A stretch of 64,000 bases of DNA from NCBI GenBank assembly GCA_015709655.1, contig CP054181.1, positions 1,172,207-1,236,206 of the forward strand. The letters are read 5' to 3'. The notes under the pieces were generated by a model. The model ran no database searches. It had not been told where the DNA came from and saw only the letters and a list, made by a program, of their open reading frames with translations. Shown here one piece after another: positions 48,523 through 58,946 of this stretch. The translations under genes were made by a program, and so were the position numbers. Origin of the DNA: Ignavibacteria bacterium (GTDB lineage Bacteria > Bacteroidota > Ignavibacteria > Kapaibacteriales > Kapaibacteriaceae). Within the stretch, counting starts at the first letter, position 1. The number at the start of each line of letters is the position of its first letter.

Positions 48523-48824
48523 GTACTGTGAATCAATGCCATTACGGCAATAACTGTAAAAATATAATCAACGGCTGTAGGTTGTTGATGCGAACCAAGC
48601 CACATCCGTACAACCACGGGAACAGCCGGCACTGAACATATCATTACGATTAGACTGGTTACCAGTCCGGTATAAACCTCTACTTTCCCCTTGGGGATCA
48701 GTGAAAGCAAAAGCAGTAAGCCGTATGCAAGGCCTCCGGTTGCGGCAACATTCTGCGTCAGCAAAAACGTACCACTTCCCAACAGGAGAGCAAAGCCTGC
48801 CAATATCAGCGTTTTCTGTTTCAT
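48474..48824 (-). CDS. small membrane protein (uncertain; overlaps neighbouring gene ends)
   Basis: 116 aa with three hydrophobic helices. Its start overlaps the sanA stop by 4 nt, but its 3' end overlaps the ferredoxin-like gene by ~49 nt, so one of the two starts/ends is mis-set. Confidence 0.3.
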   Translation of the reverse strand: MKQKTLILAGFALLLGSGTFLLTQNVAATGGLAYGLLLLLSLIPKGKVEVYTGLVTSLIVMICSVPAVPVVVRMWLGSHQQPTAVDYIFTVIAVMALIHSTWSIRWILLHRSNKQP

Positions 48825-49519
48825 TGAACTCCGACCGTATCGGCCGGAAAGATCTCCTTGGGTCCAAGATATCGTGGCTGACTATGCAGGATATGTACGT
48901 CGGCAAGCATCTTAAGCCGTGCAAACACTTCGCGCAGCTGTGCAACCGAGAACCAGCCTGCAGGTTCGCGGGTGGCAACTCCAACGGCATACATACCCCT
49001 GCGATTCCCAATGTACACGGCCCTGCGTACATGGAAGTCCTGCGAGATGACCATAACACTGTCCATTCCCCACACCTTATGTGCGCGAATCATCGAATCA
49101 TACGTATCAAAGCCTGCAAAGTCCATGGCAATATTACTCTCGGGAACTCCCATGCGCATAAGGTCTTTCTTCATCATGGCAGGTTCGTTATAGTCAACAC
49201 TACGGTTGTCGCCACTCAGCAGAAGCAGCTTTACCTTTCCGCGAGCATACAACTCAGCAGCTGCCCGCATTCGCTCTAAGTAGTAGCTGTTGAAGCCACC
49301 GCTGCTTCGGGCACGACTGGTGCCCAGTACAAGGCCAACCCTGCTGTACGGTGCTGTTTCGATGGTGTACACCAGGCTGTTGGTTTGTGAATCAACGTAC
49401 AGGTAGCAGGCAAATAATACACATGCCGCTGCACTCAGAATGGCTATTGTGATTTGCCAGGTACGTCTGCCGTGTTTTGAAGTCTTTGCCAACACGCAGT
49501 CAATCAGCTCCTGGCACAT
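48821..49519 (-). CDS. sanA: SanA/YdcF (DUF218) family protein
   Basis: N-terminal TM anchor, then a conserved DUF218 core (LVLGTS...LLLSGDN...GFDTYDS). Confidence 0.75.
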   Translation of the reverse strand: MCQELIDCVLAKTSKHGRRTWQITIAILSAAACVLFACYLYVDSQTNSLVYTIETAPYSRVGLVLGTSRARSSGGFNSYYLERMRAAAELYARGKVKLLLLSGDNRSVDYNEPAMMKKDLMRMGVPESNIAMDFAGFDTYDSMIRAHKVWGMDSVMVISQDFHVRRAVYIGNRRGMYAVGVATREPAGWFSVAQLREVFARLKMLADVHILHSQPRYLGPKEIFPADTVGVQ

Positions 49520-51422
49520 TCAGCCGTGCCAGCATATCCTTGAGTGACGCTATTGGTATCAAACCCTGGTCACCCTTGCCATGTTCACGCAAGGCCACAC
49601 TGTCCTGTTCAATTTCCTTAGAGCCTATCACAAGTGCAAATGGGATCTTCTTTTGTTCGCTCTCGGCAATCTTACGGTTGATTTTCTCGTTACGCAGATC
49701 GGTGTGAACACGCAGGCCCATCTGTTCCAGCTCGGTTGCAAGATCGGTTGCAAAACTTCTGTGCGGTTCTGCAATTGGTAGCACGCTCACCTGAACCGGA
49801 GCAAGCCAGAACGGGAAGTTACCGGCATAATGCTCAATAAGAATAGAAATAAACCGCTCCATTGAACCAAAGGGGGCACGGTGAATGATTACCGGACGAT
49901 GTTTGGTATTATCGGCACCAGTATATTCAAGCTGGAAGCGATCCGGCATCACATAATCAACCTGTACCGTTCCAAGCTGCCATTTTCTACCGATAGCGTC
50001 ACGGACGATAAAGTCAATTTTGGGTCCGTAAAACGCAGCCTCGCCCTCTCCGATAAAGTAATCAAGGTTCATTTCGTCGGCAACTTCCTTGATTTCGGCT
50101 TGCGACCGTTCCCACAGGCTAATGTCGCCGCCGTACTTATCGCTGTTATCGTCGCGGAAGCTTAGCCGTGTAGACACGTCCATGCCAAACGTTTTAAATA
50201 CCAGTTGTGTGAGTTCAACAACGTTCTTGATTTCATCCTTAAGCTGGTCGTGCATGCAGTAGATATGAGCATCATCCTGGGTAAAGCCACGAACACGGGT
50301 AAGACCGTTTAGTTCGCCGCTTTGCTCATAACGGTACACGGTACCAAACTCGGCAAGGCGCACCGGAAGATCTCTGTATGATCGGGGTTTAGAGGAAAAT
50401 ATCTGGTGGTGGTGCGGACAGTTCATTGGCTTAAGCAGGTATTGCTCATCATCAACGGTAATCGGGTCATACTGCGAGTCAGCATAATACGGATAGTGTC
50501 CGGAAGTTTTATACAGCTCCAGGTTACCGATATGCGGGGTAATCACTTCCTGATACCCTCGCTTACGTTGTTCACTGCGCAGGAACTCCTCCAGTCTGCG
50601 CCGAAGAATAGTACCATTGGGCAGCCACACCGGCAGTCCGCCACCAATCATTGGTGTGATTGTAAAAATCTCTAACTCCTTACCAAGCTTACGGTGATCC
50701 CTGCGTTCGGCTTCTTCACGCTGAAGGATGTATTCTTCCAATTGAGCTTTCTTTGGAAAGCTTATACCATAGATTCTGGTGAGCATCTTACGCGACACGT
50801 CACCGCGCCAGTAGGCACCGGCAACACTGAGCAGTTTCGGAAATTTCAGTCTGCCCGTGCTGGGTACGTGTGTGCCTCTGCACAAATCAGTAAACCCTCC
50901 TTGGCGATAAAAGGTGATCTCGCTGTTCTTCAGTCCTTCCAGAAGTTCAAGCTTGTATTCGTCGCCCTTCTCACGGAAGTAAGCAACTGCATCATCCCAC
51001 GAAACCTCGATACGTTCGTACGTACTGTCTGCCTTCACCAATTCCTTCATTTTATTCTCGATGAGCGGCAGCGTTTCAACGCTGATGGACACTCCGTCCG
51101 GCAAGTCCACATCATAGTAAAAACCATTTTCGATAGGCGGCCCAATGCCGAACTTGACGCCCGGATACAGTGCTTCGAGTGCTTCTGCCATTAAGTGTGC
51201 AGTACTGTGCCAGAAGATTTCCTTACCTTCCGAATCATCAAAGGTTACAATTTTAACAGATGCGTCTTCGGTTATTTCGCGCGACAGATCGTATTGCTTT
51301 CCGTTAACGAAAATGCCAACAGCGTTGCGGGCAAGCCCTTCCGAAATCTGCAGCGCAATGTCCATACCGGTAGCGCCCGACGGGAAATCGCGCACATCCC
51401 CATTTGGCAGTGTAATCTTCAT
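49500..51422 (-). CDS. thrS: threonine--tRNA ligase
   Basis: 640 aa with a TGS domain, editing domain, class II catalytic core (HRAPFGSMERFI) and a C-terminal anticodon-binding domain. Confidence 0.9.
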   Translation of the reverse strand: MKITLPNGDVRDFPSGATGMDIALQISEGLARNAVGIFVNGKQYDLSREITEDASVKIVTFDDSEGKEIFWHSTAHLMAEALEALYPGVKFGIGPPIENGFYYDVDLPDGVSISVETLPLIENKMKELVKADSTYERIEVSWDDAVAYFREKGDEYKLELLEGLKNSEITFYRQGGFTDLCRGTHVPSTGRLKFPKLLSVAGAYWRGDVSRKMLTRIYGISFPKKAQLEEYILQREEAERRDHRKLGKELEIFTITPMIGGGLPVWLPNGTILRRRLEEFLRSEQRKRGYQEVITPHIGNLELYKTSGHYPYYADSQYDPITVDDEQYLLKPMNCPHHHQIFSSKPRSYRDLPVRLAEFGTVYRYEQSGELNGLTRVRGFTQDDAHIYCMHDQLKDEIKNVVELTQLVFKTFGMDVSTRLSFRDDNSDKYGGDISLWERSQAEIKEVADEMNLDYFIGEGEAAFYGPKIDFIVRDAIGRKWQLGTVQVDYVMPDRFQLEYTGADNTKHRPVIIHRAPFGSMERFISILIEHYAGNFPFWLAPVQVSVLPIAEPHRSFATDLATELEQMGLRVHTDLRNEKINRKIAESEQKKIPFALVIGSKEIEQDSVALREHGKGDQGLIPIASLKDMLARLNVPGAD

Positions 51423-51426
51423 ACTG

Positions 51427-52956
51427 TCACTTCTCTAAAATGATAATTTCAACCCGCCGGTTTAGCTGCCGGCCTTCAGGTGTTGAGTTGGTTGCCACAG
51501 GACGTGTTTTTCCGTATCCTGTTGACTGCATTCGCGATGCCTCGATACTACCAACTGTGGTTAAGTAGTCGTAGACCGATCGGGCTCGGCTGTCCGACAG
51601 TTTCAGGTTGTATGATTCTGAACCCACACTGTCGGTGTGACCCGCAATCTCGATTTTTAGCGACGGATTCTTGCGTAATACCTCGACAAACCTGTCCAAC
51701 TCAAATCGGCTTTCCGGACGGAGGTCCCACTTGTTGTAGTCAAAAAAGATATTGTTCAACTGGGCAACGCTTCCGCGCTCGATCGGAACCAGATACAAGT
51801 CACGGTGCATCTCGGTGTACTCCTCGATACCCGTAAGATCAATGTTTTCATTGACCGAGATAAAACTGTCGGCAGACGCCCTGAAGCCATACTTTGAACC
51901 TGCCGGCAGCACAATTTTATACTCGCCGGTACCTGGAGAAGAACGTGCGATGCCAAGTTCCTTTCCGGTTAACAAATCCTCGTACACAATATCAGCTTCG
52001 ATTGGTTCAAGCGTTTTCTTGTTGAGTACCCTGCCACGGATAAGGACCACGGGACGTGGCCGTTTGCTTTCCGGAAGCCTGATTTTAAAGATGTCGCCGG
52101 CGCCGTAGCTGTTGTTGTACGATACATAATACGCAAAGTCACCAGCCGCCGAAATGGTATAGTAGAGGTCCCAGCCTGCTGTATTGATGGAGCTGCCAAG
52201 ATTTTCGGGTTCACTCCACAGCGTCCACGTACTGTCCAGCCTTCGGGTAACAAAGACATCAAAAGCACCAAAGCCGCCAAAGCCGTCCGAAGCAAAATAG
52301 AGTGTCGAGTTATCCGACGCCAAAAATGGCGTTGCTTCGTGCCCGATTGAGTTTACCACTCCACCCATGTTCTTTGGTTCAGACCAGGAGCTGTCGGTCT
52401 GACGGAACGAAATGTAAAGGTCCTTACCACCCTTCGAGTCGGGGCGCTCGATTGCCATGATCAGGGTTTTACCGTCGTTTGCAAGCGTGAACTCACCAAA
52501 GCGGTTATTATTAAAGTAGTTTTCTATCTGGAGTGATTTGGGCTGTGACCATCCTGAAGCAGTACGATGACTGATTGCCACCGACCTGTGTTTCATCTTG
52601 GGGTCAGCATAACTATCACCCAGAAGAACTGTATTTCCGTCTGGAGTAATGGAACACAGGTAGTTATTGTCACGATTGTTTAATGGTGGTCCTATATTTT
52701 TAGCAACACCCCATGTTCCGTCGGCCTGCAGTTCACTGTACCAGATATCCTGGCGTGCACCGCCAACGTTATTCGGATCGTGGCTCCTGCAGAAATACAA
52801 GGTCTTCCCGTCCGGTTCAATTACCGGCAGTATATCGTCATAAGGACCATTAACATTGGGTCCCAGGTTGATAGGCAAAAGAGTTGTATCGGTCTGAGCA
52901 AATGCTGCCGATGAGGAAATCAATACCCATACAACAAGAGCTGCTGGAAAACTCAT
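51427..52956 (-). CDS. OmpA-family peptidoglycan-binding protein with N-terminal TolB-like (PD40/WD40-type) beta-propeller repeats
   Basis: C-terminal OmpA_C domain (NIFFDYNKWDLRPES...IAGHTDSVGSESYNLKLSDSRARSV). N-terminal repeated ~40-aa units with WS(E/Q)P cores. Signal peptide. Confidence 0.75.
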   Translation of the reverse strand: MSFPAALVVWVLISSSAAFAQTDTTLLPINLGPNVNGPYDDILPVIEPDGKTLYFCRSHDPNNVGGARQDIWYSELQADGTWGVAKNIGPPLNNRDNNYLCSITPDGNTVLLGDSYADPKMKHRSVAISHRTASGWSQPKSLQIENYFNNNRFGEFTLANDGKTLIMAIERPDSKGGKDLYISFRQTDSSWSEPKNMGGVVNSIGHEATPFLASDNSTLYFASDGFGGFGAFDVFVTRRLDSTWTLWSEPENLGSSINTAGWDLYYTISAAGDFAYYVSYNNSYGAGDIFKIRLPESKRPRPVVLIRGRVLNKKTLEPIEADIVYEDLLTGKELGIARSSPGTGEYKIVLPAGSKYGFRASADSFISVNENIDLTGIEEYTEMHRDLYLVPIERGSVAQLNNIFFDYNKWDLRPESRFELDRFVEVLRKNPSLKIEIAGHTDSVGSESYNLKLSDSRARSVYDYLTTVGSIEASRMQSTGYGKTRPVATNSTPEGRQLNRRVEIIILEK

Positions 52957-53558
52957 GAGCCTTTCTTGACAATCGTCATCTCTATCTTTTCAAACGGATT
53001 ATCCGACTGGTCACGTGGAGCTGAAACAATCTGATCTACAACTTCCATCCCCTTAACCACTTCGCCGAAGGCAGTGTACTGTCCATCCAGAAACGTTGCA
53101 TCTGCAACGCAAATAAAGAACTGTCCACTAAAACTGTTCGGGTCATTTGTCCGTGCTGCACTTAAAACTCCGCGAACATGACGCTTATTACTGAATTCAG
53201 CCTGTACTTTTTCGGGATAGCCGCCGGTGCCCCATGTGTTGCGAGGCTGTGATTTTGAATTCGGATCGCCTCCCTGAATCATGAAGCCGGGAATCACGCG
53301 ATGGAATGCTGATTTATTGTACCATCCTTCGGCAACGCGGGCAGCAAAAAACTCTGCATGTTTCGGTGCCACATCAGGCCACAGAACCAATTCAATTTTC
53401 CCTAAATCTGTATTGCCCTGGCGGACACTGATAACAAATGTGTCTTGCGTCATTTTTTTCCCTGCTACTGCTTTTGTTGTTGTACTTGGTTGAGCACTTA
53501 CTGCGACCGTAGCAAATACTCCCATGAACAAAGTGAATAAAATCAATGATTTATGCAT
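52953..53558 (-). CDS. peptidyl-prolyl cis-trans isomerase, cyclophilin type (secreted)
   Basis: Signal peptide plus cyclophilin core (HRVIPGFMIQGGDP...FFICVADATFLDGQYTAFGEVV). Confidence 0.85.
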   Translation of the reverse strand: MHKSLILFTLFMGVFATVAVSAQPSTTTKAVAGKKMTQDTFVISVRQGNTDLGKIELVLWPDVAPKHAEFFAARVAEGWYNKSAFHRVIPGFMIQGGDPNSKSQPRNTWGTGGYPEKVQAEFSNKRHVRGVLSAARTNDPNSFSGQFFICVADATFLDGQYTAFGEVVKGMEVVDQIVSAPRDQSDNPFEKIEMTIVKKGS

Positions 53559-53567
53559 TGCTGCTCC

Positions 53568-55052
53568 TTAGTGAACGAACCTGTTAACTTGTCGTATTAT
53601 TTTTATCCGAATCGGCTTATCCGGTATTGGATCCAGTTCCCCGAAAGATCCCGGCTCTACTTCTACCTCGGAGATCTTTCTCACTACATCGAGCCCCTTT
53701 ACAATTCTACCAAAAATCGTGTATTGGTAGGGGAGGTTTTTGGCCTTATCCAAACAAATAAAGAACTGGCTCGTGCCGCTCCCGGGCTCTGCCCTACGTG
53801 CCATTGCCACAGCACCAGGGTGATAACCCAATTTGGCCGACGGCAGTAAGCTGTCTAATTCTTCGGGAAGGGGCTTTCCATTCGCAGTATGACCACCCCG
53901 GCCCCATTCAGCGCGCATCCGTGGATCGCGCGTAGTGGGGTCACCCATCTGAATTACAAAGTCCTTCACAACCCGGTGAATCAGGGTATGGTTATAATAT
54001 TTCTTTTTCACCAGTTTCATAAAATTCTCAACTGTCTGGGGGGCATCGTTTCCGTACAGACCAATTCTGAACGTGCCCATCGACGTAATCACGTCGGCAT
54101 AATTGGTGATTTCCGCGCTATCTGGTAATATGGTGTTAACAGTTGCGGGCACAGATACACCCTGCTCGGTTTGTATTTCGGCAGTACCCGATTCACTGTG
54201 TGTTGTTGGCTGGCATCCCGTAGCCAGCAAAACCACACCCAGGGCAAGTCTGTAGATAATAAACACCTTCAAACTCCGGGTGCGCAAGTACCGCAGAAGA
54301 AAGCCGATAGAGTAATATCCGCTGATCATCGATACAATAGTGGCAAGAAGTAAGGCAGCTCCGTTTAATTCCCACGAGATGTACTTGACCTCACCGAGAA
54401 ATTCAAACACACCCGCACCCAGAACCGCAGGTATCGACAGGAGAAAAGAAAACCGTGCAGCATCCTCACGATTAAGCCCCCTGAAAAGCCCTGCCATGAT
54501 GGTTGAACCACTTCTCGAGGCACCCGGGATTAGAGCAAGCGCCTGAGCAAGACCAATAATGATGCTGTCAGCAACAGACACCGCATCCAGTTTCTTCGCC
54601 ATCGTAGCGCGGCGTTCGGCAATCCAGAGAAGCAAGCCAATTCCGATCAGGCCAACGGCCATTACAATGGGATTTTTTGTAAACGATCCCTCGATAATTT
54701 CCTTAATTGCCAAACCAATCACAACTATGGGTACGGTGCCGATGATTACCAGGAAGGTTTGGCGGGCGTCTCCCGACCATTCGGATACCGGCACACGCCA
54801 GGGTCTGCAGATCTCAGTGAAAAAGGCAACTATCATCCGTAGAACATCGTGCTTAAAGTACACGAACACTGCTGCCAGTGTACCTAACTGTATTGTTGCA
54901 ATAAAAGCCGTCCACTGTTCAGGCCTGTTCGGGTCGATAACTCCCATCAGGGTCCCTGCCAATGTTAGGTGGGCAGTACTGCTAATGGGGATAAATTCTG
55001 TAAGCCCCTGGATGATGCCAAGGATAAGGGCTGCAAGCAGGGTCATGAACAA
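53568..55052 (-). CDS. uppP: fusion protein: undecaprenyl-diphosphatase (UppP/BacA) N-terminal membrane domain + C-terminal cyclophilin-type PPIase domain
   Basis: The first ~275 aa carry UppP motifs (GLTEFIPISSTAHL; PGASRSGSTI) and ~8 TM segments. Residues ~310-494 are a cyclophilin domain (HRVVKDFVIQMGDP...QFFICLDKAKNLPYQYTIFGRIV). It is a single uninterrupted ORF. Confidence 0.7.
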   Translation of the reverse strand: MFMTLLAALILGIIQGLTEFIPISSTAHLTLAGTLMGVIDPNRPEQWTAFIATIQLGTLAAVFVYFKHDVLRMIVAFFTEICRPWRVPVSEWSGDARQTFLVIIGTVPIVVIGLAIKEIIEGSFTKNPIVMAVGLIGIGLLLWIAERRATMAKKLDAVSVADSIIIGLAQALALIPGASRSGSTIMAGLFRGLNREDAARFSFLLSIPAVLGAGVFEFLGEVKYISWELNGAALLLATIVSMISGYYSIGFLLRYLRTRSLKVFIIYRLALGVVLLATGCQPTTHSESGTAEIQTEQGVSVPATVNTILPDSAEITNYADVITSMGTFRIGLYGNDAPQTVENFMKLVKKKYYNHTLIHRVVKDFVIQMGDPTTRDPRMRAEWGRGGHTANGKPLPEELDSLLPSAKLGYHPGAVAMARRAEPGSGTSQFFICLDKAKNLPYQYTIFGRIVKGLDVVRKISEVEVEPGSFGELDPIPDKPIRIKIIRQVNRFVH

Positions 55053-55103
55053 AAATACTCAACACGGCTACCAGTTGGGGAATATGCGTGGATCCCTAAG
55101 GTT

Positions 55104-57935
55104 TCAGTGCGCCTGATACCATGACTCACCAACGCCGGTTTCTACCACAACGGGTACGTTGTGAAGCGGCATTGCCTGCTCCATCGTGGTTTGGACCATT
55201 GTTCGGAGCTCGTCGGCCTCGGAGCGGTGTACCTCGAACAACAACTCGTCGTGCACCTGCAGTATCATCAGTGCTTTAAAGCCCTGCTGTTTCATGGTAC
55301 GATGAACCGCTATCATAGCAAGCTTCATCATGTCGGATGCGCTACCCTGAATTGGTGTGTTAATACATGCACGTGCGGCACCGGCGGCCAGATTTTTATT
55401 ATTGCTGTTAATCAGCGGGAAGTACCGTCTGCGTCCAAGCAATGTTGTTGTGTAGCCCCGTTCGCGGGTTGACCGGATCGTGTCATCAATAAAACCCCGA
55501 ATCCCCGGATATTTGGCAAAGTAATTTGCAATGATTTCCTGAGCTTCCTGCCGTGAGGTTCCTAACCTCTGACTTAAACCAAAAGCCCCCTGACCATACA
55601 TGATCCCAAAGTTGGTTGTTTTTGCAATCCGGCGCTGCTCGGTGGTCACGGCATCAATCGGCACGTCAAACAATATGGCTGCCGTGGCTTTATGGATATC
55701 CTCGCCATGTTTGAAGGCTGCCAGAAGGTTTGCGTCCTGCGACATTGCAGCCATGATACGCAGCTCTATTTGTGAATAGTCGGCCGACATGATCACGTGG
55801 TCAGGGTGCTGAGCCACAAAGGCTTTCCGAATTTGCTGACCAAGCTCGGTGCGTACCGGTATGTTTTGCAGATTGGGGTCGGTAGAGCTTAGCCGGCCTG
55901 TTGCAGCAACCGTCTGATTAAACGATGTGTGGACTCTGCCGGTATTGGATTTAATGAGTTTTGGTAATGTTTCAACGTAGGTGTTACGCAACTTTTCAAC
56001 CTGCCGGTAATCCAAAACAAGCTGGGCAATTGGATAGCTCTCGGCAAGTTCCGTAAGAACACTAACATCTGTTGAGTATCCGGTTTTATTTCGTTTCTTA
56101 CCAGGCAGCATCATCCGATCGAACAAAATCTCACCAAGCTGCTTTGGCGAGTTAATAGTAAATTTTTCACCGGCCTCGGTATAAATCTCCTGCTCAAGGC
56201 GTGCTGCCTCGGCACGCATATATTCTCCCAGGTCTGCCAAAGCCCCTTTATTGATGAACACACCATTGTATTCAATTTGCACCAGAACCTCTGCGGTTGG
56301 GAATTCTACTGTCTGAGCCAGCGTTTCCAAGCCTTGATTCTGCAGTTCGGTCCGGAGTGCGAGTGAAAGTTTCAATGCAACATCGGCATCTTCAGCGGCA
56401 TAGTCACGTACCTGGGTAGGATCTACATCACGCATATTTTTCTGTGAGCTCCGTTTTTCGCCGATAAGAGCTGTAATCGGGATTGTTTTATACTGCAACA
56501 GCCGTTCGGCAAGAGCATCCATATTGTGCGGAAGGTCCGGATCAAGAATATAGCTCGCCAGCATCGAATCAAATGCGAACGGTTCGAGTGTAATTCCGTA
56601 TCTACGTAAAACCAGTGCGTCGTATTTAAGGTTCTGGCCTACCTTCCCTACCTTTGGGTTATGAAACAGTATTTTAAGTTTATTGATTACCGCTGTTATC
56701 GGTAATCCGTCGGTGCCTACCTCAGTGTCGAAGAGGGCGGGAGAGGTTTGCTGCTCATCAACATCATTAACATTAATATAGTACGAAGTACCGGGCGTAA
56801 CGCACAGTGCTATACCAACAATTCTGCACTGCATTGCATCCAGTCCGGTTGTTTCCAGATCAACGCTCAGCCAGTCGGGCGTACCAAACTCATTCAGCAT
56901 CGAATCGAGTGCCTCGTAGGTATCTACCAGGGTATAGCTGTGCTCTACATCACTGAGTGTTTGCAGCGTGTGGCTTACGTGGACTGGACCTTGATTGGAA
57001 CCAAACCCATCCGTACCTGGGTTATGTATTTCGTTGGACCTGTTGGCACCTTCACCGGCAGCAAGGGTACGGTATTTTGAACGCAGGCTGGTAAACCCCA
57101 GTTCTTCGAATAGGCTGTCCAGGCCGACGTAATCGGGACTTGTCCGCCTTACGTGGACAGACTCTGGCTGTAGTGGTACCCTTGTATCAATCGTAACGAG
57201 GTGTTTGGAGAGGAATGCCATCGAGCGGGATTCCTCAAGTTTCTTACGAACCGAGGCTCGTTGTACAGTTTCGAGTGCGTCGTATAGAGTTTCAAGGGTA
57301 CCGTATTCTTTAATTAGGGGCAGTGCCGTTTTTTCTCCGATACCTTTTACACCGGGGACATTATCGGATGAGTCACCCATCAGGGCAAGCACATCAGCAA
57401 CCTGATGTGGCGGAACACCGAATTTTTCACGTACTGTTGCCGGTTCATACACATCGTAGGAGTCCTTCCCGGGTCGGAGAACGTGAATTTTATCATTCAC
57501 GAGCTGGAAATAATCTTTATCGCTGGTAACGCATAGCACCGAATTCCCCTGGTCTGCCTGCTGGACGGCCAGCGTACCAATCACATCATCAGCCTCGTAT
57601 CCTTGCATCTCAATCCGAGGGATCCCCAGTAAATCAAGAAAGGTTTTAATTCTGGCAAGCTGGGGCACCAAATCGTCTGGGAACGCATCGCGGTGAGCCT
57701 TGTACTCCGGGAACGCTTCATGCCGGAACGTTGGTGCTGCCGTATCAAAGGCTACCGCAATAGCTTCTGGCTTGTATGTTTCGAGCAGATACGATATCAT
57801 ATTTGCAAATGACAATACGGCAAACGTAGGTTCACCGGTATGGGTTTGCATTCCGGTGTACAACAAGGCATGGTACGCACGGAAAACCAGCGAGAAGCCG
57901 TCAATCAGAATTACTGGTTGTTTCATAACGGGCAA
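55104..57935 (-). CDS. polA: DNA polymerase I
   Basis: 943 aa with 5'-3' exonuclease, 3'-5' exonuclease-like and family-A polymerase domains (motif A DYSQIELR, motif C QVHDEL). Confidence 0.9.
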   Translation of the reverse strand: MPVMKQPVILIDGFSLVFRAYHALLYTGMQTHTGEPTFAVLSFANMISYLLETYKPEAIAVAFDTAAPTFRHEAFPEYKAHRDAFPDDLVPQLARIKTFLDLLGIPRIEMQGYEADDVIGTLAVQQADQGNSVLCVTSDKDYFQLVNDKIHVLRPGKDSYDVYEPATVREKFGVPPHQVADVLALMGDSSDNVPGVKGIGEKTALPLIKEYGTLETLYDALETVQRASVRKKLEESRSMAFLSKHLVTIDTRVPLQPESVHVRRTSPDYVGLDSLFEELGFTSLRSKYRTLAAGEGANRSNEIHNPGTDGFGSNQGPVHVSHTLQTLSDVEHSYTLVDTYEALDSMLNEFGTPDWLSVDLETTGLDAMQCRIVGIALCVTPGTSYYINVNDVDEQQTSPALFDTEVGTDGLPITAVINKLKILFHNPKVGKVGQNLKYDALVLRRYGITLEPFAFDSMLASYILDPDLPHNMDALAERLLQYKTIPITALIGEKRSSQKNMRDVDPTQVRDYAAEDADVALKLSLALRTELQNQGLETLAQTVEFPTAEVLVQIEYNGVFINKGALADLGEYMRAEAARLEQEIYTEAGEKFTINSPKQLGEILFDRMMLPGKKRNKTGYSTDVSVLTELAESYPIAQLVLDYRQVEKLRNTYVETLPKLIKSNTGRVHTSFNQTVAATGRLSSTDPNLQNIPVRTELGQQIRKAFVAQHPDHVIMSADYSQIELRIMAAMSQDANLLAAFKHGEDIHKATAAILFDVPIDAVTTEQRRIAKTTNFGIMYGQGAFGLSQRLGTSRQEAQEIIANYFAKYPGIRGFIDDTIRSTRERGYTTTLLGRRRYFPLINSNNKNLAAGAARACINTPIQGSASDMMKLAMIAVHRTMKQQGFKALMILQVHDELLFEVHRSEADELRTMVQTTMEQAMPLHNVPVVVETGVGESWYQAH

Positions 57936-57984
57936 GTTAGCTACTATGTAGTTTTGTGAGTGTTCTTAACAACTATTCCGTCCC

Positions 57985-58911
57985 ATGCTTATTCCTCCGT
58001 TCTGGCTTTATACAGGTTTTCTCGTACTGGTAGGCACGTTGCTGGCATTAGACCTGTTTGTATTTCATCGAAAATCTGCTGTTCAGTCAGTTGGTGCCGC
58101 ACTTGGGTGGACGGCATTCTGGGTTACTCTGGCACTCTCGTTTAACGGACTTATCTATTACCTGGAAGGCCCAAAGGCCGCCACGGAGTTTTTTGCAGGG
58201 TACCTGCTGGAGCAGTCGCTCTCGGTAGATAACATCTTTGTGATCATCCTGATTCTCAAGTATTTCCGTGTAGCCCCGCAGTACCATCACAAGGTTCTGT
58301 TCTGGGGTATCATTGGTGCAATTGTCATGCGTGGTATGATGATAGCTGTTGGTTCTGCACTTATTTCAAACTTCAGCTGGATCTACTTTGTCTTTGGTGC
58401 CTTCCTGATATTTACCGGCATCAAGATGGCTTTACCGGGCGACGACGAGCAGGACCTTGAATCAAACGTTGTTGTACGGTTCAGTCGCCGATTCCTGCGG
58501 TTAACGCCGGATTATCATCAGGATCGCTTTTCTATTAAAAAAGACGGACACAAATTTTTCACACCGCTTTTTGTTGTCCTGCTTGTGATCGAGGCTACGG
58601 ACCTGATATTTGCTGTTGACAGTATTCCTGCAATTTTCGCCGTCACCCAGGATCCATTTATCGTGTTTACCAGCAACATTTTTGCTGTAATGGGTTTGCG
58701 AAGTCTGTTCTTTGCTGTTGCCGGCGTCATGGGTCTGTTTCATTTTTTAAAGTACGGTCTCAGCATTATCCTCTCGTTTATTGGTGTTAAAATGTTTATC
58801 CAGCACTGGTGGCACATCCCCATTGAGGTTTCTTTAGGTGTAATAGCCGTGATTTTAGCTCTCAGTATCATTGCTTCGATTTTGTTCCCCCCTAACAAGG
58901 CCACGGCATAG
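57985..58911 (+). CDS. TerC-family integral membrane protein
   Basis: Signature ...LEQSLSVDNIFVIILILKYF... and the second-repeat DSIPAIFAVT motif. 308 aa. Confidence 0.8.
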   Translation: MLIPPFWLYTGFLVLVGTLLALDLFVFHRKSAVQSVGAALGWTAFWVTLALSFNGLIYYLEGPKAATEFFAGYLLEQSLSVDNIFVIILILKYFRVAPQYHHKVLFWGIIGAIVMRGMMIAVGSALISNFSWIYFVFGAFLIFTGIKMALPGDDEQDLESNVVVRFSRRFLRLTPDYHQDRFSIKKDGHKFFTPLFVVLLVIEATDLIFAVDSIPAIFAVTQDPFIVFTSNIFAVMGLRSLFFAVAGVMGLFHFLKYGLSIILSFIGVKMFIQHWWHIPIEVSLGVIAVILALSIIASILFPPNKATA

Positions 58912-58946
58912 TTCGTTAATAGCCAAAGCATGGTTATTTTCACTGT

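Noticed and set aside
57936-57984. yybP-ykoY (Mn) riboswitch in front of the TerC-family gene
   Set aside because: The intergenic space is only ~50 nt, too short for the ~100-nt four-way-junction riboswitch.
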